Shown: piece by piece, positions 26,852 to 36,318 of the stretch
Layout: each line of letters begins with the position of its first letter
Numbering within the stretch: the stretch's first letter is position 1
DNA from: Chlamydiia bacterium
Lineage (GTDB): Bacteria > Chlamydiota > Chlamydiia > Chlamydiales > JBMOFD01
Assembly (NCBI GenBank): GCA_049314435.1
Contig: JBMOFD010000006.1
Location: 1-42,438 of the forward strand
DNA length: 42,438 bases
Direction: 5' to 3'
The notes under the pieces: generated by a model
Seen by the model: the letters and a program-made list of their open reading frames with translations, nothing else
Database searches by the model: none
Told to the model about the DNA's origin: nothing
Made by a program: the position numbers and the translations under genes

Positions 26852-27847
26852 ATGTCCTCAGCTGCGCAAGCGGTGCCGCGCGCCTTCTTGGTGAGGCGGC
26901 TCCACTCCATATCTGGATTGATGCTCACGATCTACCTCGTGGAGCATCTCCTCACGAATAGCCAGGCGGCGCTCTGGCTAGGCGATGACGGTATGGGGTT
27001 CATCCAGATCGTCAATCTCATCCACAGTCTTCCATATCTTCAGGTCCTAGAATGGATGCTCATTGGGATTCCCTTGATCATCCATGCCACGCTAGGGATC
27101 CGAGTGGCCTTGCAAGGTCGACTGAATAGTTTCCGCACGGATGGTAGCAAGCCCGCTCTTCCCCAATACGCTCGCAACCAGAGCTATTCGTGGCAGAGAA
27201 TCACCTCATGGATCCTCCTGGTGGGGATCGCGGCCCATACTGTGCATATGCGCTTTGTGCGGCAACCTGATGAAATCCGCAATGGTGTGAGGGCAAACTA
27301 TCTAGTACGTTTAGAGGTCGATCCCGGTCTCTACACAGTGGCTGATCGTTTGCAGGTCGCTCTTTTTGGGCCTGCTCAGATCGAAGAGGAGCGACGACTC
27401 CTCTCTAGGCAAGAGCAGTCGGTGGGGTTCAGTACAATGGCTCAGCAGGTGGCGCCACTCCCTCCTCTAGAGCAGCGGGCGATCGCAGCACGCGTTGAGA
27501 CTCAGCATCTGGAGACCTTCCAGGGCTACGTGCGGCAGCTCACCGAATACGACGTGCGTCCTGATCAAACGATCGCGGTCACCGATAACTTCGGTACAGC
27601 GATGTTGCTGGTGGTCAGAGACTGCATGAAGACCATCTGGATCTGCGCTCTGTACTCCTTGCTCGTTCTAGCTGCAGCCTTCCATGGGTACAACGGCCTG
27701 TGGACCTTCATGATCACGTGGGGAGTAGTCCTCAAGGCGAGGGCTCAGAGATGGGCTGCACATGCTTGTATGGGCCTTGCTGCACTCTTTGCTTTTTTAG
27801 GCCTGGCTGCCGTTTGGGGCACCTATTGGCTCAACCTATATCGATGA
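26852..27847 (+). CDS. sdhC: Succinate dehydrogenase cytochrome b558 subunit
   Basis: RRLHSISG, EHLLTNS, WQRITS and FHGYNGLWTF heme-ligand motifs; AGGAGG RBS; first gene of sdhCAB. Confidence 0.93.
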   Translation: MSSAAQAVPRAFLVRRLHSISGLMLTIYLVEHLLTNSQAALWLGDDGMGFIQIVNLIHSLPYLQVLEWMLIGIPLIIHATLGIRVALQGRLNSFRTDGSKPALPQYARNQSYSWQRITSWILLVGIAAHTVHMRFVRQPDEIRNGVRANYLVRLEVDPGLYTVADRLQVALFGPAQIEEERRLLSRQEQSVGFSTMAQQVAPLPPLEQRAIAARVETQHLETFQGYVRQLTEYDVRPDQTIAVTDNFGTAMLLVVRDCMKTIWICALYSLLVLAAAFHGYNGLWTFMITWGVVLKARAQRWAAHACMGLAALFAFLGLAAVWGTYWLNLYR

Positions 27848-27854
27848 GGGACTG

Positions 27855-29744
27855 ATGCCACCATCTGCTTCAAGAGATGTCATCGTTGTAGGCGGAGGAC
27901 TGGCGGGACTAGCCTGCACTGTCAAGCTTGCTGAGCAGGGGCACCGCGTGCAACTGATCTCAGTGACGAAGGTCAAAAGAAGCCATTCGGTCTGCGCGCA
28001 GGGTGGTATCAACGCCGCTCTCAATTTGAAGAACCAGGGGGATAGCCCCTATGTGCACTTCATTGAGACAGTTAAGGGCGGAGACTTCCTTGCTGACCAA
28101 CCTCCCGTGTTAGAGATGTGCCTGACCGCACCAGGGATCATCAGGATGATGGATCGGTTCGGATGCCCTTTCAATCGTCTCCCGGATGGTTCTTTGGATG
28201 TACGCGGATTTGGAGGAACGCTCTATCAGCGTACCGTCTTCTGCGGAGCCTCCACGGGTCAGCAGCTTCTCTATACCCTCGATGAGCAGGTGCGTCGCTA
28301 CGAGGCCGCCGGTCTAGTGAAGAAGTACGAGAATCATGAGTTTCTTCGTGTCGTGCTCGATGAAGCGGGTGTGGCTCGAGGCATCGTTCTTCTCGACTAT
28401 GTGGACATGAGCTTACGGGTCCTCAAAGCCGATGCCGTGGTCATCTGCTCAGGTGGCTGTGGGTTGATCTATCGCCGGTCTACCAACAGCACTTTCTGTA
28501 CGGGCGCGGCCAACGGACGCCTCTTCATGCAGGGGATGCACTATGCCAATGGGGAGTTCATTCAGATCCACCCCACCTCGATCCCTGGCCCGGACAAATA
28601 TCGTCTGGTGAGCGAATCGGCACGTGGGGAGGGAGGGCGTGTCTGGGTCTATGGCGACTCCAGCCGGTCGATCGGAGCTCCCGATGGACGGATGATCCCA
28701 TGCGGGGTGACCGGGGAGCCGTGGTACTTCCTCGAGGAGCTCTACCCAGCCTATGGCAATCTGGTCGCTCGAGACATCGCGGCAAGAGAGATCCTACGCG
28801 TCTGCCAGTTGGGCCTAGGGATCAATGGGGGTCTACAGGTCTACCTCGATGTCTCCCATTTGCCTCCAGCCACCCAGCGCAAGCTCGCCTCGGTCCTTGA
28901 GATCTACGAAAAATACACGGGAGAGGATCCCCGCAAGGTGCCCATGAAGGTGTTCCCTGGTGTGCACTACAGTATGGGCGGCGCATGGGTCGATTGGCCT
29001 GCTGCCAATGCGTATGATCGCTGGACGCGGTATCGTCAGATGACCAACCTGCCGGGTGTCTTTGCCGCAGGGGAGTGTGAATTCCAATACCATGGTGCGA
29101 ATCGCCTAGGTGCGAATGCCCTCCTCAGCTGCATCTATGCGGGGATGGTGGCAGGGACGGAGATCCCACGCTACCTCGATGCACTGCCGGCCACCTGGCA
29201 GGAGATCCCTTCGATTGTGTTTGACCAAGCTCTGAGCCAAGAAGAGGCGTTTAAGAGAGACCTCCTCGGACGTGCAGGCCCTGAGAACAGCTTCTGTCTC
29301 CATGACGAGCTGGGGCTGTGGATGATCGAGCATGTCACGGTTTTACGCCGGAATGCAGATCTCATCCGTACGTTAGAGAAGATCCATGAACTCAAGGACC
29401 GCTTCCGCAACATCCAGATGGGCGATTCCTCCAGCGTGTTCAACCAGGCCTTCATCCATGCGCATCAGTTTAGGGCGATGTTGGAGCTGGCAGCTGTGAT
29501 CACGAAGAGCGCTCTGGAGCGTAACGAATCTCGTGGGGCTCACTACAAAGAGGAGTTCCCGGAGCGCAATGATGCCGACTGGCTGAAGACCACGGTGGCG
29601 AAGTACCGTCCCGATGGGCCTCAGATCGACTACCTGCCTGTTGACCTCTCCTATTTGAGGCCCTATAAGCGGGACTACACCGAGAAGGCAAGTACGCAGC
29701 CCGTCCTTGAGAACCTTCCCGATCACATCACCCTGCCGATCTGA
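27855..29744 (+). CDS. sdhA: Succinate dehydrogenase flavoprotein subunit
   Basis: GGGLAG, RSHSVCAQGGINAA, HYSMGG, HGANRLGANAL, RNESRGAHY. Confidence 0.97.
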   Translation: MPPSASRDVIVVGGGLAGLACTVKLAEQGHRVQLISVTKVKRSHSVCAQGGINAALNLKNQGDSPYVHFIETVKGGDFLADQPPVLEMCLTAPGIIRMMDRFGCPFNRLPDGSLDVRGFGGTLYQRTVFCGASTGQQLLYTLDEQVRRYEAAGLVKKYENHEFLRVVLDEAGVARGIVLLDYVDMSLRVLKADAVVICSGGCGLIYRRSTNSTFCTGAANGRLFMQGMHYANGEFIQIHPTSIPGPDKYRLVSESARGEGGRVWVYGDSSRSIGAPDGRMIPCGVTGEPWYFLEELYPAYGNLVARDIAAREILRVCQLGLGINGGLQVYLDVSHLPPATQRKLASVLEIYEKYTGEDPRKVPMKVFPGVHYSMGGAWVDWPAANAYDRWTRYRQMTNLPGVFAAGECEFQYHGANRLGANALLSCIYAGMVAGTEIPRYLDALPATWQEIPSIVFDQALSQEEAFKRDLLGRAGPENSFCLHDELGLWMIEHVTVLRRNADLIRTLEKIHELKDRFRNIQMGDSSSVFNQAFIHAHQFRAMLELAAVITKSALERNESRGAHYKEEFPERNDADWLKTTVAKYRPDGPQIDYLPVDLSYLRPYKRDYTEKASTQPVLENLPDHITLPI

Positions 29745-29760
29745 GTAAGAGGACGTTGCG

Positions 29761-30540
29761 ATGGCTCCATTGACCTACATCCTGCGCATCTTCCGCGGTA
29801 CTCCTGGCCATCAGTATTGGGAGGAGTTTGAGCTGAAGATCGAGCCGATGGCCAACGTGGTCTCGGGGCTTTTGGAGATCCAGCGGCATCCGGTGACTCG
29901 GGAGGGGAAGCGGACCACCCCCATCAGTTATGAGTCAGGTTGCCTGGAAGAGGTATGCGGTTCCTGTTCCGTCCTTGTGAACGGGCGTCCTCGTCAGGCC
30001 TGTACCGCTCTCATTGCAAACTACTTGGAGCAGACCCATTCGAGGACGATCACGGTGGCTCCTTTGACCAAGTTCCCTCTGATTCGGGATCTCGTGGTGG
30101 ATCGTTCCGTCATGTTCGACAACCTGATCAAGGTGCATGGATGGATCGATGCAGGAACCACCCATGACAAAGGGCCCGGCCCTACGATCGACCCAGCTGT
30201 GCAGGAAGAGCGCTATGCTCTCTCTACGTGCATGACCTGTGGTTGCTGCTCGGAGTCGTGTCCGCAAGTGAATTCCCATAGTGCCTTCATGGGTCCAGCA
30301 CCGATCTCTCAGGTGCGGTATCTAGATGATCATCCCACGGGAAAGCTACAAGAGGGCAAGAGGCTGGGGGCTCTCCTTCAAGAGGGTGGCATCGCGGACT
30401 GTGGCAATGCCCAGAACTGTGTACAGGTATGCCCTAAGCACATTCCCTTGACCGAGAGCATCGCGCTCATGGGCAGGTCTGCGACCCGCCAATCGATGCG
30501 CGATCTCTTCAGCTTGCCCGATGCAAAAGGCTCCCAGTAG
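29761..30540 (+). CDS. sdhB: Succinate dehydrogenase iron-sulfur subunit
   Basis: CLEEVCGSC, CMTCGCCSESCP, CGNAQNCVQVCPK. Confidence 0.97.
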   Translation: MAPLTYILRIFRGTPGHQYWEEFELKIEPMANVVSGLLEIQRHPVTREGKRTTPISYESGCLEEVCGSCSVLVNGRPRQACTALIANYLEQTHSRTITVAPLTKFPLIRDLVVDRSVMFDNLIKVHGWIDAGTTHDKGPGPTIDPAVQEERYALSTCMTCGCCSESCPQVNSHSAFMGPAPISQVRYLDDHPTGKLQEGKRLGALLQEGGIADCGNAQNCVQVCPKHIPLTESIALMGRSATRQSMRDLFSLPDAKGSQ

Positions 30541-30543
30541 GAA

Positions 30544-32367
30544 CTATTTCTGTGTCGTCCCGCTACGATGTGGGGCGCCGCTATGGCCGCTCGTACTTTG
30601 TTCTGATGGCTTGGTGAGTATCTCGGCAGCTTTAGGGGAGTTAGGCGCAATGGTGAGAAGAAGTGCGGGTCCGCGTGTCGTCAACTTCACCGAGTAGCCG
30701 AGGGCGTTGTAAGTCTCCTCCAGAGGCTTTGCGAGTTGGTAAGCTGACTGGCTCACTGCCATGCTATTTTGGATGGGAACCACTACGAGTTCATTGAGTC
30801 TATTCAACGAGACCGTGAAAGGCTCCCTGGTGTTCTTTAGGTGATGAAAGAACAGCTGTAGAGCGCGGAGCGCTCCTTGTGGGGGAGGTCTCTTGAACAC
30901 AGATTCCAGGACACTGTTGATGAGCAGGCTGACCTTCTCGCGAGGCGACTCACTCTTGGTCGTGTGCGCAGGTTCCGACCCTGTTTTAGATGGGACAGGT
31001 TCTCTGGAAGAGGAGGGTGCTGTGGTCTCCTCGACCACCACGACGATGTGATGCAGCCCCTTCTTCAGGGTAAGTAGTCCGCCGATGGCAGGCCACAGCA
31101 AAAGCTGCGTCTTGAGCAGCCCCTCGGCTTGTTCATAGAATGAATCGATGGAGACATGTTCTGCAGCCTCACTTGACAGGCGAATGGCAAGATTCCCCTG
31201 AGGTGTTTTCTTCACAAAAAATGTGCGCGCTGTTTTCTCCAGTAGACCGGTCAGTAGAGCTTCTAGCCGTAACTGCAACTGTGAAGGGACCTTACTTCCA
31301 TACTTTGCCTGCAAGACCTCTTGGATGGTTGCTCTCCAGGTGGGATCGAAGTTGGGACTATCATCAGCCGCCGGTGGCAAGTCGACATGAGTCGACTTTG
31401 GTGCATGAGCGCATGTGGGTGGCAGTGTTCCTCCGTCTACATCGAGCCTTGTGAGGATGGACAGGGAAGGGTGCTGACTAGCAAAGGACCTCCGCCGAGC
31501 CATCAGAGGGATCACCTCTGTGGTGGCTCCTGATATGCTCTCATGGGTCTCTGGGCCGAATGCAGGTGAGGAAGTCTCAGCGAGGTCGGGGGAAGCTAAA
31601 GGTGTTGTGGTAAGACACTGGATGGCACGTTCTGAGGGGTCGGTCCACTGAAATTTGAAGCTTCGAGGGCTACCATACATGGAGCAGAGAGTTTGCAGGG
31701 AAGTGTGGCTACTGATCAGCCGCACCACAGCCGACTGAAAGGCGTGCTTGTGATCCTCATTGGTGGGGTCTACTAGGCGAACCTGCAGCTGGCCGGTCCT
31801 TTGCTTGAATTCGAGCCCGAATTCACAGATATGGAGCCGTCTCAGCTGCTGGATGAGATCGAGAAAAAGCGCCTTGGCAGGGTGATCGTTGCCCCAGGAT
31901 CGCCTGATGAAGGCCTTTGCGCCATCTGCGCTAAGCACGCTCTTTTCTGCACACGTCGGCCCGGTCCATGCGAGTTGCCAGGAGCTCTCCACTTTACTGA
32001 ATACAAAACGGTCTCGAGATTCGGTTGGCCCTAGAACGCGGTACACGACCCTTGCTACTTCATCTAGCCGTGTATGGGCCTGCTCCTGTGTGATAGAGGC
32101 GCTCAGAGGGGTCATCGTAAGAACAAACTCATGGGAGCCCAAGGGAATAGAGCCAAAGCGAAGACCTCTATCTTCGAAGCCAAATGCACACCGCCCAGGC
32201 AAACCTAATTGCTCGTCGCAATCCTGAATGCACTGTAAAAATGTATCTCTGACTTTGGAACGACCAGCACACCACTTATGAATCGACTTTTTGACCTCCA
32301 CAGTGCTGGTCCCAAGTTCACTTGTGGCGGGTGTTGCACCAGAGGTGTGGCGAATGGGTGAAAACAT
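30544..32367 (-). CDS. Orphan multi-domain protein with apparent internal repeats (putative effector)
   Basis: 607-aa ORF with Ser/Thr-rich N-terminus and globular segments separated by Ser/Pro linkers. Confidence 0.7.
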   Translation of the reverse strand: MFSPIRHTSGATPATSELGTSTVEVKKSIHKWCAGRSKVRDTFLQCIQDCDEQLGLPGRCAFGFEDRGLRFGSIPLGSHEFVLTMTPLSASITQEQAHTRLDEVARVVYRVLGPTESRDRFVFSKVESSWQLAWTGPTCAEKSVLSADGAKAFIRRSWGNDHPAKALFLDLIQQLRRLHICEFGLEFKQRTGQLQVRLVDPTNEDHKHAFQSAVVRLISSHTSLQTLCSMYGSPRSFKFQWTDPSERAIQCLTTTPLASPDLAETSSPAFGPETHESISGATTEVIPLMARRRSFASQHPSLSILTRLDVDGGTLPPTCAHAPKSTHVDLPPAADDSPNFDPTWRATIQEVLQAKYGSKVPSQLQLRLEALLTGLLEKTARTFFVKKTPQGNLAIRLSSEAAEHVSIDSFYEQAEGLLKTQLLLWPAIGGLLTLKKGLHHIVVVVEETTAPSSSREPVPSKTGSEPAHTTKSESPREKVSLLINSVLESVFKRPPPQGALRALQLFFHHLKNTREPFTVSLNRLNELVVVPIQNSMAVSQSAYQLAKPLEETYNALGYSVKLTTRGPALLLTIAPNSPKAAEILTKPSEQSTSGHSGAPHRSGTTQK

Positions 32368-32592
32368 GAGCTCTCCGCGGATGCCAATGCAGGCGAAAGA
32401 GCATACCCAGCTTATTGAAGATCAAGCAAGGCGCTCGTGCTTGACAGCTTCTCATGCGGTTGTGAGTGGCCGGTACGATCCCTATCTACCATCTAGAGCG
32501 GAGTCCTATACCCGCAGATTTGTGCCTTACCAAGTCGCCTTGAGCCTTTTGTGTCGCAGCTAGCGGGTCAAGGTCGGTCTGTCGGCACGCGT

Positions 32593-33999
32593 CTACTTTT
32601 GCGCCTCTGTCCCTGTTGGAGCAGCGTTTAGCAGTCGCTGCAGATTAGGCATGATCAGAAGCTCGATCCAGTAGTTGGTTGCCCGCAGGAGCGGGTAGCA
32701 GTGCAGGTTCTTCAGTTTTTGCTCGCTCGCCTGGATGACGGGCGTGAGCGTGTCCCATAGTTGCTCAAGCTGCCTCAGACGATGAGCGCATGTAGGATCC
32801 TTACACTGATGGTCCTCAGGATGCACCATGAGGGCCCCGATGGGCATCCAGCCCGGTGGATCCCAAGGAATGCCCCCAGGAACATGGGAGACGAAGAAGA
32901 TGCCCGCATGAGACAATTTAAGGGCTACAAGAAGTTCAAACAAAACGTGTGTCAGACGCTCCGCGTTGGTATGGGTCAGAGAGGCGGTTCGTTGGCTGGC
33001 TCTTAAAATGTGCTCCCGGTACGGCTGAATGGCGGCATGCGCCAGCTGGCGCGCTCTTTCGCAGCTCTGGATCGCCTGCACATCCAACCGAAGGTGTTGC
33101 ATTCTTGCTCTGCACTTGGGCCCGACAGAGGTTCGTGTGGTGATTGTAAAATTAAGGGGGGACCCATCGTTAGGGACTTGCTCAGTCAGGATGCTCAACC
33201 CTAGACGTTGAAGTCTGAAGCGGACTCGTGGAAGATGGGCGATCAGGCGAGTATAGTCCTCCTCCTCCTGCAGGGTAGGAATGATCTCCAGGCGCCCTTG
33301 TATGTTACCCCCAGCATGAGGATTCGAGTGGAATTTCATGGCAGGGGGGCGCTGCGTAGCGTTCATCAAGTCACCCAATACCTCACACAGAGGTCTTGGT
33401 AGTTCGGTCAACGATGCTTGTGGCGCGCTACGGGTCCTCATCGACACCAGTCCCCTGGCAAGATAGAGTCCCTCGGGAGCTGGGAAAGACCAGCGTGTGT
33501 GGGCTAGCAGACCTTCTTCTAGCCTCTGTCTATGAGGGCCGCTCCTCGATGATGAGGTCGGGTAGCGGGGTTCAGTCGTATTGTTTGACGAGGTGACCTG
33601 GCTGACCGAGCCGTCTAGGTGCGCTGGTTGTCTTTGACGAGTGCGGCTCATCCAAACAAGATCAACGGAATCGCGACCTGGCAAAACACTGTAATTACGC
33701 CGTTCCCCTTTATGGAGAGTGTCCTTCTTGAGTCGAAGAAGAATGGTCAGAATCCTTTCGCGACAGGAGTGGCCTGAAGAGGCGACATGCAGGTGAAACG
33801 AGCGTGGCACAGCTCTTGCTGGATCGGGTATGGCACGAAAGCCCAACTGGTCCAACCCTTGTGACATGAGCACATTGGTACACCGGATGAAGAAGTCTCG
33901 AATTCTACCCCGACATGCCTGCTCAATGGCGTCCTGCACCTGCGTGATTGCAATATGGGCGGCTGCATGTCGTCCGATGGGGGCACTGGAAGTACTCAT
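32593..33999 (-). CDS. Orphan protein, probable distant paralogue of 30544..32367
   Basis: 468-aa ORF with a similar N-terminal C.GR..RD.F..C motif and a similar C-terminus (GTEAQK vs GTTQK). Confidence 0.7.
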   Translation of the reverse strand: MSTSSAPIGRHAAAHIAITQVQDAIEQACRGRIRDFFIRCTNVLMSQGLDQLGFRAIPDPARAVPRSFHLHVASSGHSCRERILTILLRLKKDTLHKGERRNYSVLPGRDSVDLVWMSRTRQRQPAHLDGSVSQVTSSNNTTEPRYPTSSSRSGPHRQRLEEGLLAHTRWSFPAPEGLYLARGLVSMRTRSAPQASLTELPRPLCEVLGDLMNATQRPPAMKFHSNPHAGGNIQGRLEIIPTLQEEEDYTRLIAHLPRVRFRLQRLGLSILTEQVPNDGSPLNFTITTRTSVGPKCRARMQHLRLDVQAIQSCERARQLAHAAIQPYREHILRASQRTASLTHTNAERLTHVLFELLVALKLSHAGIFFVSHVPGGIPWDPPGWMPIGALMVHPEDHQCKDPTCAHRLRQLEQLWDTLTPVIQASEQKLKNLHCYPLLRATNYWIELLIMPNLQRLLNAAPTGTEAQK

Positions 34000-34029
34000 G
34001 CTCTGCTCGATTGATTAGAATTTACAAAA

Positions 34030-34059
34030 ATTATACTGACGATTTGTTTTGCAAATCAA
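34030..34059 (-). promoter_or_regulatory. Putative sigma66 promoter for 32593..33999
   Basis: TTGATT-N18-TATAAT with an AT-rich upstream tract. Confidence 0.6.
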
Positions 34060-34162
34060 GCGAACTGTTCTGCAGCGGCTATTGGATTATATATTTATGT
34101 TTAACAGCCTGGCTGATCACCAAGGGGAGTTGGGGCTCCAGGCGGAGCCCCAGACGAGGAAG

Positions 34163-35245
34163 CTACAGGCGGACTCTGGGCCATAGGCTGCTCAACAATT
34201 TAAGAAGCTTGAAGCCATTCGACAACAGTCGACCGGTAGTAGCTGTAAAGATGGCCTTCAAGCCAGCGCCCATCCATCGAAGTGAGGAGCCGCAGAACTT
34301 CTTCGTCCCCACAAGCGCGCGCTTCCACCATGCAGCTGGAGGAAGAAAAGGGGCTGAGGAGGTCGTGCTCTGTGGCTCCGCTCTCGTGGAATCGGAAATA
34401 GTCGGTCCCGAAGATGATGTGGTCTGGGAGGCGCTGACGCTATCTTCCGCACTGGCACCAACATTCTCGCCCGTTTTGTCCTGCTGAGCGGAGGGAGAGG
34501 TCCCTCTGAAGGTTGGTTCTGCCGGAGAGTGCGATTCAGAGGAGTCTTGGCCTGGTTGCATGGAGAAGAAGGACTCATTCCTCACATGTTCAAGGGTATG
34601 GTCTAAGGAGGGGAGAGGCGAAGGTTCTTGCAGGAAGAAGCTTGGGTGTCGTTCTATGACTACATCGGCCGGTGTAGCGGCGGTAGAGGGTAGATCCACA
34701 CGCTTCTCTGAACGTGTTCTGATCTCCCTGAGCAGTGCACTGCCTATCCCTGGTTGATCATCAATCACAGGCGAGGGGGTTGTATGCTTCTGCGTAACGA
34801 GTGGCGGAGCATCCGAGACCTCAGGTTCATCCTCCACTTCCTCTTGGCTTGGCGACGGGGTTTCTTCTGGGCCTAACGTCAGAGAGGATGGAGATCCTCC
34901 GGACCTAGATTCCTCAGGAAGATCCGTGACCATCGCTTGTCCAAGTGTCCTGGATTCTTCCACGCTCGCTCCAGCAATGTCCCCCAAGATCTTGGTCAAA
35001 AAATCTTGTGACTTCTTGTTTGAGATCGAGGAAGGGATAGAAAGTTTCAGCTGGGAGAGCACTCCTGTGCCTACCGAAAGAGGTGCGGTTGAAGACTCAG
35101 CGATGAGTGAGCGTCCAGCCTCAAAGAACGATGTGTCCGTTCTGTGGTGGAGGCTTTTCTTTTGCGGAGATTCATGCGTAGCCGGTAGGCCGGTCAAAGG
35201 TAGAGAAGGTATTGTCGTTGAGGTAACGCCGCGTGGACTAGACAT
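34163..35245 (-). CDS. Intrinsically disordered Ser/Pro/Thr/Glu-rich orphan with a basic amphipathic C-terminus (putative effector)
   Basis: 360-aa ORF of low complexity; hairpin TGGGGCTCC-aggc-GGAGCCCCA at 34131-34152 just downstream. Confidence 0.7.
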   Translation of the reverse strand: MSSPRGVTSTTIPSLPLTGLPATHESPQKKSLHHRTDTSFFEAGRSLIAESSTAPLSVGTGVLSQLKLSIPSSISNKKSQDFLTKILGDIAGASVEESRTLGQAMVTDLPEESRSGGSPSSLTLGPEETPSPSQEEVEDEPEVSDAPPLVTQKHTTPSPVIDDQPGIGSALLREIRTRSEKRVDLPSTAATPADVVIERHPSFFLQEPSPLPSLDHTLEHVRNESFFSMQPGQDSSESHSPAEPTFRGTSPSAQQDKTGENVGASAEDSVSASQTTSSSGPTISDSTRAEPQSTTSSAPFLPPAAWWKRALVGTKKFCGSSLRWMGAGLKAIFTATTGRLLSNGFKLLKLLSSLWPRVRL

Positions 35246-35580
35246 AGAGAGAATCCCTTTTGTGGGCTGGATGTGGCTGAAAGGATAGTCAAGACTTGAT
35301 TAATCAGCATGAGGCAACCTTTCCGCCTCACGTGAGAGAGCCACGACTTCTTCCCATGGTTTGCTTTGGATTCTCCTGGTAGACTGAGGGAAGCCTCTTC
35401 TATTGCGGATCTGAGATAGGCATGATGCGCGTGACCCACGTGATATTTAGGGAGCTGGAAAGGAGATGCTGCTGTTGTAAGACGAGAGTCTTGGACACTG
35501 CACCGCTCTGATTAAGGTTCCTCCTGTTAAATCGGGTCTTACCGCCGCTTGTAGCGTCCCTTTCAGGAGAGGCCTTTTTT

Positions 35581-36318
35581 CTAATTAGGCCACCGTTCTT
35601 CCATTACGGTGCGCCGATGCTCGCGTTCCAATACGGTTTGAGCCTCCTCCCAACTCACATTCTCTAAGGTGCACCATTGAGCCAGTTGCTGGAGGATTGT
35701 CTCACGTAGGATGTGTGGCGAGGCCAGGTGGTGCGCCAGACGCCCACAGAACTCCTCATGGGAGCGTTGTGCCCGATAGGCTGGTTGCCTAGATGGGTGG
35801 CTTAGGAGTGCCATGCGCTCAGGCGAGTAGTCCCATAGAAACGAGGTGTGGTGCAGCCATCGAGAGGGTCGGCAGTACTGAGCATTCCCTCCGATCTTTC
35901 GCGATTCCAAGCAGAAGTCCTGCTCGTGGAGTGTGATGCCAAGAGGCTCAAGCAGGCCACCAACCCACTGGCAAATGCCCTGTGGATGATGGGGTAGATC
36001 GGGGAGATGCTGACGATCCATGATCCAGGTAGCGAGTAGCGAGGATTCATCGAGTACGACGGTGCCACCTCCACTGAAGCGACGGATCATCGGGAGGGGA
36101 GTCCGCTCCCAGGTCTCTCGGTGGATCAGGTCTTGGATCGAGCTACTGATCCCTAGGACAATCGCTGGGGGAGGGGCCTCATTCCAGATGAACCAGCAGC
36201 CTGTGTCGGCTCTGAGCAGGCCCTCTTCTAGCAACAATTGATCCAGAATGGGCAGTCCCTGCAGGCAGAGGACCCGACAGATCGGCTTTACTTGCGTTGA
36301 TGAGGGGGGAGAAACCAT
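35581..36318 (-). CDS. Lipoate-protein ligase family protein (LplA-like)
   Basis: QLLLEEGLLR, IRRFSGGGTV, KIGGNAQ, LHHTSFLWDY, P.YR..RSH.EF. Confidence 0.9.
   Translation of the reverse strand: MVSPPSSTQVKPICRVLCLQGLPILDQLLLEEGLLRADTGCWFIWNEAPPPAIVLGISSSIQDLIHRETWERTPLPMIRRFSGGGTVVLDESSLLATWIMDRQHLPDLPHHPQGICQWVGGLLEPLGITLHEQDFCLESRKIGGNAQYCRPSRWLHHTSFLWDYSPERMALLSHPSRQPAYRAQRSHEEFCGRLAHHLASPHILRETILQQLAQWCTLENVSWEEAQTVLEREHRRTVMEERWPN

Noticed and set aside
35326..35335. parS site (CTCACGTGAG)
   Set aside because: Only the central CACGTG matches TGTTTCACGTGAAACA.
35530..35575. c-di-GMP-I riboswitch on the minus strand (GAAAGGGACGC)
   Set aside because: Lacks the GGCAAAC/P1 and GCAAAGCC core elements; the resemblance is only partial.
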